Positions 32,862 through 39,870 of a stretch of DNA of 39,997 nucleotides are shown piece after piece. The stretch is from a virus. Every line of letters begins with the position of its first letter. The stretch's first letter is position 1. Where the stretch lies: IMG/VR virus record IMGVR_UViG_3300024307_000002, one strand, 5' to 3'. Below the pieces are notes generated by a model. That model was not told the origin of the DNA. It worked only from the letters and a program-made list of their open reading frames with translations, and made no database searches. Both the position numbers and the translations under genes were made by a program.

Positions 32862-33052
32862 ACGCCTTTTCCAGCAACTACACACCGGTCATCAAGACCG
32901 AAGAAGTCAAGGCGTCGAAGTCACCCAAGGCCAAGCAACGTCTTCGACAGCGGCACCGCCGCCGAACGCATGGCCCGCCATGCACAACCCCTGCCGGTCA
33001 CTCAGAAAACCATGAGCCTCCGGCCTTCAACCATGTAAGGAGATTGAAATGA
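32858..33052 (+). CDS. Small ORF with an apparent internal frame switch
   Basis: ATGA-coupled start. The coding-like third-position G/C bias leaves this frame near 32940 and continues in the frame that ends at TAA 33036..33038. Confidence 0.35.
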   Translation: MNAFSSNYTPVIKTEEVKASKSPKAKQRLRQRHRRRTHGPPCTTPAGHSENHEPPAFNHVRRLK

Positions 33053-33240
33053 AGCGCAGCACCCTTTCCACCGGCCCCGCATTGGTTCTTGTCGCCATCG
33101 TCTTCGCTGGCATCGCTGGCTGGGTCATGAACATCTTCGACATCGTGGCCGCAGTCAGCGACCCGATCACCGCCATGTTCATCCTCCGTTGCGTCGGCAT
33201 CTTCGTCGCCCCACTGGGCGCAATCCTGGGCTACTTCTGA
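33049..33240 (+). CDS. Two-TM membrane protein
   Basis: 63 aa, TAAGGAG ribosome-binding site. TMs ALVLVAIVFAGIAGWVM and FILRCVGIFVAPLGAILGYF. Confidence 0.65.
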   Translation: MKRSTLSTGPALVLVAIVFAGIAGWVMNIFDIVAAVSDPITAMFILRCVGIFVAPLGAILGYF

Positions 33241-33258
33241 CCATGTAAGGAGCGTGAG

Positions 33259-33612
33259 ATGCAAGAAGAACTGCAATCGAAGCTGGTCGAGATTCTGACC
33301 AGCATCCAAGCCGCGACAGGCAAGGCCGCTGACTTCGCGATGGATCAGTTGCCGGATATCGCGCAGAGCTACGTGGTGTACGGGCGAGTGTCTTCGACAT
33401 TCGCCGTGTTCGGGTCTGCCGCAGTCATTGCAGCGCTGCTTTACTTTTCCAAGGCATACGAGAAGGAGAGCGAAGGAGTGTCGTGGATTGGTGGCGGATT
33501 CACCGCGATCTTCCCTGCTATGGCTTTCTGCTTCTCAATCGGTGACTTCTTCTTGGTCTGGTTCGCACCTAAGGTCTGGCTCCTGAAGGAGTTTGCCCAG
33601 CTTGTGAAGTGA
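33259..33612 (+). CDS. Membrane protein
   Basis: 117 aa, TAAGGAG ribosome-binding site, two or three hydrophobic helices. Confidence 0.65.
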   Translation: MQEELQSKLVEILTSIQAATGKAADFAMDQLPDIAQSYVVYGRVSSTFAVFGSAAVIAALLYFSKAYEKESEGVSWIGGGFTAIFPAMAFCFSIGDFFLVWFAPKVWLLKEFAQLVK

Positions 33613-33620
33613 GGCCCACC

Positions 33621-33890
33621 ATGCAAGACACCAAGCTGACCAAAGCCGAATGGCTCGCCGCCGCTTACCCCGCTTTCGTTCGCGCCATCAAGCGCCAGCG
33701 TAAGCCCTTCCTGATCGAGCAGATCCGCGCCGCCATCGCCGACCGAATCCCTGCTGCCAAGGATGACCGCTGGTTTGGTGGCCTGACCCGCAAGGCTGCA
33801 TCGGATGGCCTCATCACCAAAGCCGGAACCGCTGAAGCTGTGAGCAGCAACTACAGCCTCAAGCCGACATGGCGCATCGTCAGGGGGTAA
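33621..33890 (+). CDS. Hypothetical protein
   Basis: ATG at 33621 lies 6 nt after GAGG (track start GTG 33609); 89 aa. Confidence 0.55.
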   Translation: MQDTKLTKAEWLAAAYPAFVRAIKRQRKPFLIEQIRAAIADRIPAAKDDRWFGGLTRKAASDGLITKAGTAEAVSSNYSLKPTWRIVRG

Positions 33891-33893
33891 GGC

Positions 33894-34775
33894 GTGGCAC
33901 GTTCGCGCAACATCAAGCCAGGCTTCTTCACCAACCCCGAGTTGGTGGAATTGCCCTATGAAACCCGGCTGTTGTTTGCGGGCTTGTGGGTCATTGCTGA
34001 TCGTGAGGGTCGCCTAGAGGATCGACCCAAGAAGATTAAGATGGAACTGTTCCCGGCTGATGCGGTCGATTGCGACTTGATGCTGGGTCAACTTCATAAG
34101 GCCGGGTTTGTCATCCGCTATGAGGTTGAAGGACAGAAGCTCATCCAGATCACCAATTGGGCAAAGCATCAGTCTCCGCACCACACCGAACGTGCATCCA
34201 CGTTGCCCGCACAGGGTGAACACGGTGCGTTAACGGTTAACTCACAGTGCGAAGACGGTGGAAATCCCCCTGATTCACTGATTCACCGATTCACTGATTC
34301 ATCTCCCACTGACGTGGGAGAGGTCGCGCAGTGCGCTCCCGCACCCAAGGCACCCAAGGGCTCAAGGCTTGCTGAAGATTGGTTCCTGCCGAGAGCGTGG
34401 GGTGAATGGGCGCTTGAGAAGTTCCCGGCATGGACGCCGGAAATCGTCAGGACAGAGGCCGAGAAGTTCCGCGATCACTGGCTGTCGGAGTCGGGGCAGA
34501 AGGCGCGGAAAGCCGACTGGTTCGCGACGTGGCGCAAGTGGTGCAGCAGCGACATCGCCCAACGAGCGCACGCCCCGCCTTCAGCGTCCAGCAAGGAGAC
34601 GCCATACGCCGCCCACATGCGGCAGAGGGTCGAGCAAGCAGCCGGGTCACTCGCCCACATCGTCGCAGCCAAAGCGCCAGGACAACGACCACGCGAGCCG
34701 TGGGAGGTAGCAGCAGATGAACAGCAAACGATTGAAGCAAGTCCAACACGAGCCATTGCCATCGGCATGGATTGA
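33894..34775 (+). CDS. Replication initiator (lambda O-like role)
   Basis: 293 aa. The N-terminus (RSRNIKPGFFTNPELVELPYETRLLFAGLWVIADREGRLED) matches a widespread phage replication-protein N-domain pattern. Iterons lie in the linker. Trp-rich C-terminal domain. Confidence 0.6.
   Translation: MARSRNIKPGFFTNPELVELPYETRLLFAGLWVIADREGRLEDRPKKIKMELFPADAVDCDLMLGQLHKAGFVIRYEVEGQKLIQITNWAKHQSPHHTERASTLPAQGEHGALTVNSQCEDGGNPPDSLIHRFTDSSPTDVGEVAQCAPAPKAPKGSRLAEDWFLPRAWGEWALEKFPAWTPEIVRTEAEKFRDHWLSESGQKARKADWFATWRKWCSSDIAQRAHAPPSASSKETPYAAHMRQRVEQAAGSLAHIVAAKAPGQRPREPWEVAADEQQTIEASPTRAIAIGMD
34271..34359. repeat. Candidate origin of replication inside the initiator gene
   Basis: Four tandem 8-mers (T/C)GATTCA(C/T) at 34271-34302. 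Inverted repeat CTCCCAC-tgacg-GTGGGAG at 34303-34321. Palindrome GCGCAGTGCGC at 34326-34336. Tandem CACCCAAGG x2 at 34342-34359. Confidence 0.55.
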
Positions 34776-35220
34776 CCGGATCTTCGCCAAGCTGACTGCC
34801 CGATTTGGGCGCGACTTCCTGAGCCGCTGGGAAGGCGTTGAAATCGACATCGTGAAGGCGGATTGGGCCGATGAATTGGCGGGCATGCAAAACAGGCCCG
34901 ATGCCATCAAGTACGCCTTGGATCACCTTGGAAACAAGGCCCCGATGGTGGATGACTTCAAGGCGCTGTGCGGTCGAGCACCAGAAGACGGGCTTCTGAA
35001 GCTGTCGGCTCCGAAGGCCAACGCGGACGCAATCGAGAAGGCCATGCAAAAGGCCCGAGAGGCTTTGCTTCAGCGTCGCGGTGATCCGCTGGACACGTTG
35101 CGAGAACTTGCCGAGTCGGACGCCCGTGACGGCACCTTCAGGGGTCAGCGCGTGACCTTGGCGCAGCGCCAAACCTACAAGCAGGCGCTTGGCCTGCTCA
35201 ACACCGGGAGCAAGGCATGA
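34717..35220 (+). CDS. Replication protein P-like helicase loader (putative)
   Basis: 167 aa. IFAKLTARFGRDFLSRWEG resembles the N-terminal pattern of lambda P-family proteins. Follows the initiator. The start is uncertain (59-nt overlap; a TTG near 34756 is possible). Confidence 0.45.
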   Translation: MNSKRLKQVQHEPLPSAWIDRIFAKLTARFGRDFLSRWEGVEIDIVKADWADELAGMQNRPDAIKYALDHLGNKAPMVDDFKALCGRAPEDGLLKLSAPKANADAIEKAMQKAREALLQRRGDPLDTLRELAESDARDGTFRGQRVTLAQRQTYKQALGLLNTGSKA

Positions 35221-35357
35221 GCCTATTCCCCCGCGAAGCACACAACGAAGACCTGCGAGCAATGGCGCACCGAATCTTGGACGACGCCCGCGCAGGAATG
35301 AACATCAGCGAAGACCGCATTACCTGGGCGCTTCGCATCACTGGCGATTTGGAGTGA
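35217..35357 (+). CDS. 46-aa protein (below the ORF-track cutoff)
   Basis: ATGA overlap with the upstream stop: MSLFPREAHNEDLRAMAHRILDDARAGMNISEDRITWALRITGDLE. Confidence 0.5.
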   Translation: MSLFPREAHNEDLRAMAHRILDDARAGMNISEDRITWALRITGDLE

Positions 35358-35360
35358 GTT

Positions 35361-35522
35361 ATGGAAAACGAAGACCTGAAGTTTGAATTGCTGGAACGCC
35401 TGCAAGACGCTGTTTCGGTTGCCTTGCTCATGGATGACTCAGATGGGGTGCTGGCAAAAATGACCTTGATGAACCTCATCCATCAACTGAAGTCGGACCG
35501 TAGCGGCGATTTGGAGGGGTGA
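35361..35522 (+). CDS. 53-aa protein (below the ORF-track cutoff)
   Basis: GGAG lies 6 nt before the ATG: MENEDLKFELLERLQDAVSVALLMDDSDGVLAKMTLMNLIHQLKSDRSGDLEG. Confidence 0.5.
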   Translation: MENEDLKFELLERLQDAVSVALLMDDSDGVLAKMTLMNLIHQLKSDRSGDLEG

Positions 35523-35525
35523 GAG

Positions 35526-36221
35526 ATGAACGAGAAGAAGACGGCAGAACTTTTGTACGCGCAGCGCCTGATTCTGTGGGCCATCGGTGAGAAGCCGATG
35601 ACGCGCCGCCAGATTGGTGATGCGCTTGGCGTCACCGAGTCGTGCGTCATCAGCAACCTGAACAGGTTGATTGATCGCGGCATGGTGTCGATTGTTGGGG
35701 ATGTTGCAACGACCGGGCGACGAGCCCCGATTTACGCGGCAAAGGCAAAGCACCAGAAGCCTGACCCGATGTTTGCGGGCAAGACGGGCAGGACTTCACC
35801 GACCCGCGAGGCAGTCATTGCAGCCATCCGATTGGTTCCCATGACCGCGATGGAGATTGCGCACGAAACCGGCCTGAGTTATTCGCAGGTTCGCGGCTTC
35901 ATCTCCGACACACGCAAGAAGCACGGCACGAAGGTTGTGCGCATCTCGTCGTGGAACTTGATCGAAGGATATGGCCCGGTTGCTGTGTACGCAGTCGGAC
36001 CGGCTCCTGATGCTCCGAAGATCAAGCGCACGAAAAAGGAGCGCGACGCGGAATGGCGAGAGAAGAACCGGGAGCTTATCCGCATCCAGCAGCGTGCGTG
36101 GCGTGCTGAAAAGTCGCAGCCAATTGTGGACTTCGGGCCGTTCGGCCACCTGCTCCGTCATGTCGGAGCAACTGGATCGGCGTCCAAGCGGTTCATTGAC
36201 GGGCGGAAGGTGGAAGCATGA
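35526..36221 (+). CDS. Tandem winged-helix (MarR-like) DNA-binding protein
   Basis: 231 aa. Two wHTH-like segments (MTRRQIGDALGVTESCVISNLNRLIDRGMV and MTAMEIAHETGLSYSQVRGFISDTRKK) and a basic C-terminus. Confidence 0.5.
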   Translation: MNEKKTAELLYAQRLILWAIGEKPMTRRQIGDALGVTESCVISNLNRLIDRGMVSIVGDVATTGRRAPIYAAKAKHQKPDPMFAGKTGRTSPTREAVIAAIRLVPMTAMEIAHETGLSYSQVRGFISDTRKKHGTKVVRISSWNLIEGYGPVAVYAVGPAPDAPKIKRTKKERDAEWREKNRELIRIQQRAWRAEKSQPIVDFGPFGHLLRHVGATGSASKRFIDGRKVEA

Positions 36222-36439
36222 GCCACAACCACTACTTCAAAGACGTGTCCCGCTACCAGGCTGTGGACGTTTATCGGGTGCTTGAGTTGTTTGGTGTGGT
36301 TGACCCAGCCATTCAGCACGCAGTGAAAAAACTGCTTGTGGCTGGTGAGCGTGGGCACAAAGACATGGCGAAGGACGTGCAGGAGGCCATTGATTCACTT
36401 GTCCGCTGGCAGTTCATGAGGCAGGAGGACAAGCAATGA
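36218..36439 (+). CDS. DUF3310-like small phage protein
   Basis: 73 aa. NHY...AVDVYRVLELF...AIQHAVKKLLVAGERGHKD...DVQEAIDSL follows the DUF3310 pattern as I recall it. Confidence 0.45.
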   Translation: MSHNHYFKDVSRYQAVDVYRVLELFGVVDPAIQHAVKKLLVAGERGHKDMAKDVQEAIDSLVRWQFMRQEDKQ

Positions 36440-36918
36440 CCAAACCACGCAAGAAGTACCGCCCACGCTGGCAAGCCAAGCCGGTGACGCTTCAGCTTGC
36501 CATTCAAGGCGTCGCCTACCTGAGCAAGTCGGACCAAGCCGCCCGCGTCGCCCCCGTTCGTGAGGCTGTCTCTTTCATCTCCAAGGGAGCAGGAACGAAA
36601 GAGCATTGGTCGGCCATCTTCGACGCCTTGAACATGCTTGAGCAGTTCAACCAGATGCCGCAAGTGATGACCGGGGCGCGGGACTACATCGAGTCCATGC
36701 AAACCGTGATCGTCAACATCCTTGACCGAGCCAAGGAAGGCAAGCGGGCGCTGTACCCGACCGAGCTGGAAGACCTGCGCGGCTTTGCTGACCTGTGGGC
36801 TGATGTGCTTTCGACCGTCACCCACCGCGATTACTACGTGTGCGAGACGAAGACACACAAGCGACTCGTCCAAGTCCTGCGCGAGGGCAAGGGCGTCAAG
36901 GTTTTGGAGGCTGCATGA
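36436..36918 (+). CDS. Hypothetical protein
   Basis: 160 aa, ATGA-coupled. Confidence 0.6.
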   Translation: MTKPRKKYRPRWQAKPVTLQLAIQGVAYLSKSDQAARVAPVREAVSFISKGAGTKEHWSAIFDALNMLEQFNQMPQVMTGARDYIESMQTVIVNILDRAKEGKRALYPTELEDLRGFADLWADVLSTVTHRDYYVCETKTHKRLVQVLREGKGVKVLEAA

Positions 36919-37205
36919 ACTGCAAACCTGGTGATTTGGCTGTGATTGTGAGCAGCAAAGCAAACCTTGGAAAGTTGGTCGAAGTCGTAGAGTTCTTGGG
37001 CATCGACCCATATTTCGGGGGGCGTGTTTGGTACTCAGATGGCCCGTGTTGGCTGATAAGAAGCGTCGGATCACCGCTCCAGGCAGACAATTTTCACCCG
37101 CGATTTTTGATGGCTGCGCCAATTGAAGACGCTCGCCTCCGACCCATCCGCCCAGGCGACCTAGAAGACGAAACGCCGACCGTGCGTGAGTTGGAGGCCG
37201 CATGA
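36915..37205 (+). CDS. Hypothetical protein
   Basis: ATG at 36915 in ATGA overlap; 96 aa. Confidence 0.55.
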   Translation: MNCKPGDLAVIVSSKANLGKLVEVVEFLGIDPYFGGRVWYSDGPCWLIRSVGSPLQADNFHPRFLMAAPIEDARLRPIRPGDLEDETPTVRELEAA

Positions 37206-37636
37206 CCTTCACCGCAACAGTCCACACGGCGCAGGAACTGCCGAAGGTGTTGGAGCGTGCTTCGGCCTGGTGCAAGCCGTGGAGCGTCGCAGGCCATCGC
37301 ATGGAGGTGGTTGTCCGACAAGCCACGCGAAACAGCAGCCAGAACGCCAAGTTGCACGCCTGCTTGTCTGACATTGCTCACCAAGTGCAGTGGGCGGGGA
37401 AGGTGCGCGACGTTGACACATGGAAGCGCCTTCTAACCGCTGGATGGCTCCGCGCCCGTGGTGAGTCTGTCGAGATTCTCCCGGCAATCGACGGTCACGG
37501 GGTAGACGTTGTGTTTCGCCGCACGTCGAACCTGACCATCAAAGAGTGCGCCGAGCTGATCGAGTATGTCCACGCATGGGGCGCAGAGCAGGGCGTGCGG
37601 TTCTCGGCTCCTGAGTGGATGGAGGAGCACGCATGA
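37202..37636 (+). CDS. ninB: NinB-family recombination protein
   Basis: 144 aa. RNSSQNAKLHACLSDIAHQVQWAGKVRDVDTWKRLL matches the NinB pattern (QN..mwa.L.DIa.Qv.w.G......WK). Confidence 0.65.
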   Translation: MTFTATVHTAQELPKVLERASAWCKPWSVAGHRMEVVVRQATRNSSQNAKLHACLSDIAHQVQWAGKVRDVDTWKRLLTAGWLRARGESVEILPAIDGHGVDVVFRRTSNLTIKECAELIEYVHAWGAEQGVRFSAPEWMEEHA

Positions 37637-37884
37637 CCTGTGAAGCCTGCACCTACGCCGCCGAGCACGAAAACTCTGGCCTGTATCACGCAAGTTGCCC
37701 CGAGTGCCAGCACCGGATGTTTCTGGAAGTGCTGCCGCTGCATCTCGCGAACCTCAAGCGAACACCCGGAAGCCAAGACCGCCGCGCCTACCTTGAAACG
37801 GTGCAGCGCAAGCACGGCGAGAGGGCTACCGATGCGCTCAAGGCGGCTTATTTGGAGTGGTGGGATGCACAAAAAAGAGCCTAA
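37633..37884 (+). CDS. Zinc-ribbon nin-region protein
   Basis: ATG at 37633 in ATGA overlap; 83 aa. Contains CEAC...CPEC. Confidence 0.5.
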   Translation: MTCEACTYAAEHENSGLYHASCPECQHRMFLEVLPLHLANLKRTPGSQDRRAYLETVQRKHGERATDALKAAYLEWWDAQKRA

Positions 37885-38455
37885 GCCCCGCAAATGCAAG
37901 GTCAAAGACTGCTGCAACTACTTCATCCCTCGCAACTCCATGCACTCAGTCTGTGGCCCCGCCTGCGCCTCAAAACTGGTCAGAGACAAGCGAGAGAAAG
38001 AAGAAACCAAGCGCAACCAAGAGCAAAGGCGCAAAGACCGCGAAACACGCGAGCGCCTCAAGACCCGATCTGACTGGATGAAAGATGCACAACGAGAGTT
38101 CAACAAGTACATCAGGGCGCGCGACCAAGCGGCCGGCCACCCATGCATTTCCAGCGGCAGGCCGCTTGACTGGTCGGGTAACGCGGTTGATGCAGGTCAC
38201 TACCGAAGCGTGGGGGCTGCCCCTCACCTCAGGTTTGATGAGCGCAACTGTCACGCCCAATCAAAGCACGACAACCAGTACAAGGCCGGCAACGTCGTTG
38301 ACTACCGAATCAACCTGATTGCTCGCATTGGCTTGGAGGCTGTTGAAGCACTGGAGGCAGATCAGGCTCCGCGCCACTACTCAGCCGACGACCTGAAAGC
38401 CATCCGAGACACCTACCGAGCCAAAGCCAAGGAACTGCTGAAAGGACGCGAATGA
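37865..38455 (+). CDS. ninG: NinG (Rap)-family recombination endonuclease
   Basis: ATG at 37865; 196 aa. N-terminal Cys cluster (CKVKDCCNYF...CGPAC), then FNKYIRARD...CISSG...DAGHYRSVG...LRFDERNCHAQSKHDN. Confidence 0.75.
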   Translation: MHKKEPKPRKCKVKDCCNYFIPRNSMHSVCGPACASKLVRDKREKEETKRNQEQRRKDRETRERLKTRSDWMKDAQREFNKYIRARDQAAGHPCISSGRPLDWSGNAVDAGHYRSVGAAPHLRFDERNCHAQSKHDNQYKAGNVVDYRINLIARIGLEAVEALEADQAPRHYSADDLKAIRDTYRAKAKELLKGRE

Positions 38456-38832
38456 CAAACGGCATCGACTTCAACACCATCAAACCAGAGCACGAAGCCA
38501 TCCACCAGCGTTTAGAGAATTGGGCTAGGTGGTGCAAGGGCTCCAACTCCGGCAACGTCCACCCGATGTTCAGGCAGTACCGAAATGGCTATTTCGAGGC
38601 GACACCAGCCGCCAGCTACTCCGACACCGTTGACGCAGTAGCCATCCAAAAGGCCATGAAGGACATTCCCGAGCCACAACGGATCGCCATTCAGTGGTTC
38701 TACGTCAAGCCGGGCAGCCCCACGAAGGTGTGCTTTGCCCTCGGGGTCAACAAGCGCGACCTGTTGGAGTTGATCCACCAGGGGCGGACGATGATGAAGA
38801 ACGTGGCGAAGAAAGTTCCGGAAACCGCTTGA
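38452..38832 (+). CDS. Late-gene regulator, Q-family antiterminator-like
   Basis: 126 aa. RLENWARWC N-terminal motif and a sigma-region-4-like C-terminal HTH (RIAIQWFYVKPGSPTKVCFALGVNKRDLLELIHQGR). Last regulator before the late promoter(s). Confidence 0.55.
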   Translation: MTNGIDFNTIKPEHEAIHQRLENWARWCKGSNSGNVHPMFRQYRNGYFEATPAASYSDTVDAVAIQKAMKDIPEPQRIAIQWFYVKPGSPTKVCFALGVNKRDLLELIHQGRTMMKNVAKKVPETA

Positions 38833-38857
38833 CCGTTACGCGTAACGATGGCATTAT
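38829..38857 (+). promoter_or_regulatory. Promoter-like site TTGACC - 17 nt - CATTAT with palindrome GTTACGCGTAAC in the spacer
   Basis: The -35 overlaps the stop of the Q-like gene. It sits in the same AAACCGCTTGAC context as the promoter at 39839. Confidence 0.45.
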
Positions 38858-38888
38858 TCACCCATCGCGCAACGCACCGGAGAACGAC

Positions 38889-39101
38889 ATGAACGCACTG
38901 CAACTGATGGCCGCTCTGCAAAAGGCAACTCTCGCAGCCCGTGAGCGCGCCGCAGACAAAACCATTGCGACGCAAGCCAAGGCGGGTAAGGTGCAAGTGA
39001 CCCGCGTGACGTATGACGCAAAGGGCGCTTCCACCGTGTCGCCTGTGAGCGAGTGGCTCGACGGCCCCGAGGCTGTCGCCTTTCTGGATGGCATGAAATG
39101 A
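38889..39101 (+). CDS. Hypothetical protein
   Basis: ATG at 38889 lies 6 nt after GGAG; 70 aa. Confidence 0.5.
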   Translation: MNALQLMAALQKATLAARERAADKTIATQAKAGKVQVTRVTYDAKGASTVSPVSEWLDGPEAVAFLDGMK

Positions 39102-39673
39102 CCGTTGCCGTCCTTTTTGCCCGCGCAGACAGCCATTACAAGACGCTGTCCGATGTCGAGGTGTACGACATGGAGCGCGATGCTCGCACCTATGACGGGC
39201 CTTGGCCTGTCGTGGCGCATCCGCCTTGCCGCGGCTGGGGTGTGTTCGCGTGGCGCGCCAACGTGCGCCCCGATGAGCGCAACCTTGCCCGCTTGGCTGT
39301 TGGTCTGGTCCGTGCCTTTGGTGGCGTGCTTGAGCATCCTTTGGCGTCTGGCTTGTGGGCCGACCAGAAGTTGCCAGCACCCGGCAAGCGCGACCAGTTT
39401 GGAGGCTTCACCTTGCCCATCGACCAGCACTGGTGGGGTCATCGCGCCAGCAAGCGGACGCTGCTCTATGTGGTCGGCTGCGAGCCCCGAGATGTTCCAG
39501 ACATGCCGATGGTCATGACCGAGCCCACACACGTCATCGGCGACTGTGGCCGCGCCTCGCTGGGCAACAAGAAGCCCGAGATTTCCAAGGCCGAGCGTGA
39601 GCACACCCCTCCTGAACTGGCGCATTGGCTTGTTGACCTGGCTGCGCGGTGCGAGGCTCGCAGTTACGCGTGA
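39098..39673 (+). CDS. Minimal C5-cytosine-methyltransferase-like protein (no SAM glycine loop, no target-recognition domain)
   Basis: ATG at 39098 in ATGA overlap; 191 aa. Colinear with C5-MTase motifs I (VLFARADS, degenerate), IV (AHPPCRGWG), VI (GGVLEHP), VIII (WWGHRASKRTLLYVVG) and IX (HTPPELAHWL). Confidence 0.45.
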   Translation: MTVAVLFARADSHYKTLSDVEVYDMERDARTYDGPWPVVAHPPCRGWGVFAWRANVRPDERNLARLAVGLVRAFGGVLEHPLASGLWADQKLPAPGKRDQFGGFTLPIDQHWWGHRASKRTLLYVVGCEPRDVPDMPMVMTEPTHVIGDCGRASLGNKKPEISKAEREHTPPELAHWLVDLAARCEARSYA

Positions 39674-39683
39674 CAATGACATC

Positions 39684-39842
39684 ATGACCGCCAAGACCAA
39701 CGCCCAACGCCAAGCCGACTACAGAGCCAAGAAGAAGGCCGAGCAGTCCGACGAGGTGCGGGGCATCTTCGCTCCGAAGCATTTGCACGAGGCGATCAAG
39801 GCAAAGATCAGAGAGTTCATCGAGAAGAACAAAACCGCTTGA
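39684..39842 (+). CDS. Hypothetical small basic protein
   Basis: ATG at 39684; 52 aa. Last rightward gene. Its stop lies inside the -35 of the late promoter. Confidence 0.45.
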   Translation: MTAKTNAQRQADYRAKKKAEQSDEVRGIFAPKHLHEAIKAKIREFIEKNKTA

Positions 39843-39867
39843 CTGTACAAAACGACAGTGCTATAAA
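39839..39867 (+). promoter_or_regulatory. Near-consensus sigma70 promoter (late promoter candidate, PR'-like)
   Basis: TTGACT (39839-39844), 17-nt spacer, TATAAA (39862-39867). Predicted start near 39874. Confidence 0.65.
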
Positions 39868-39870
39868 AGC

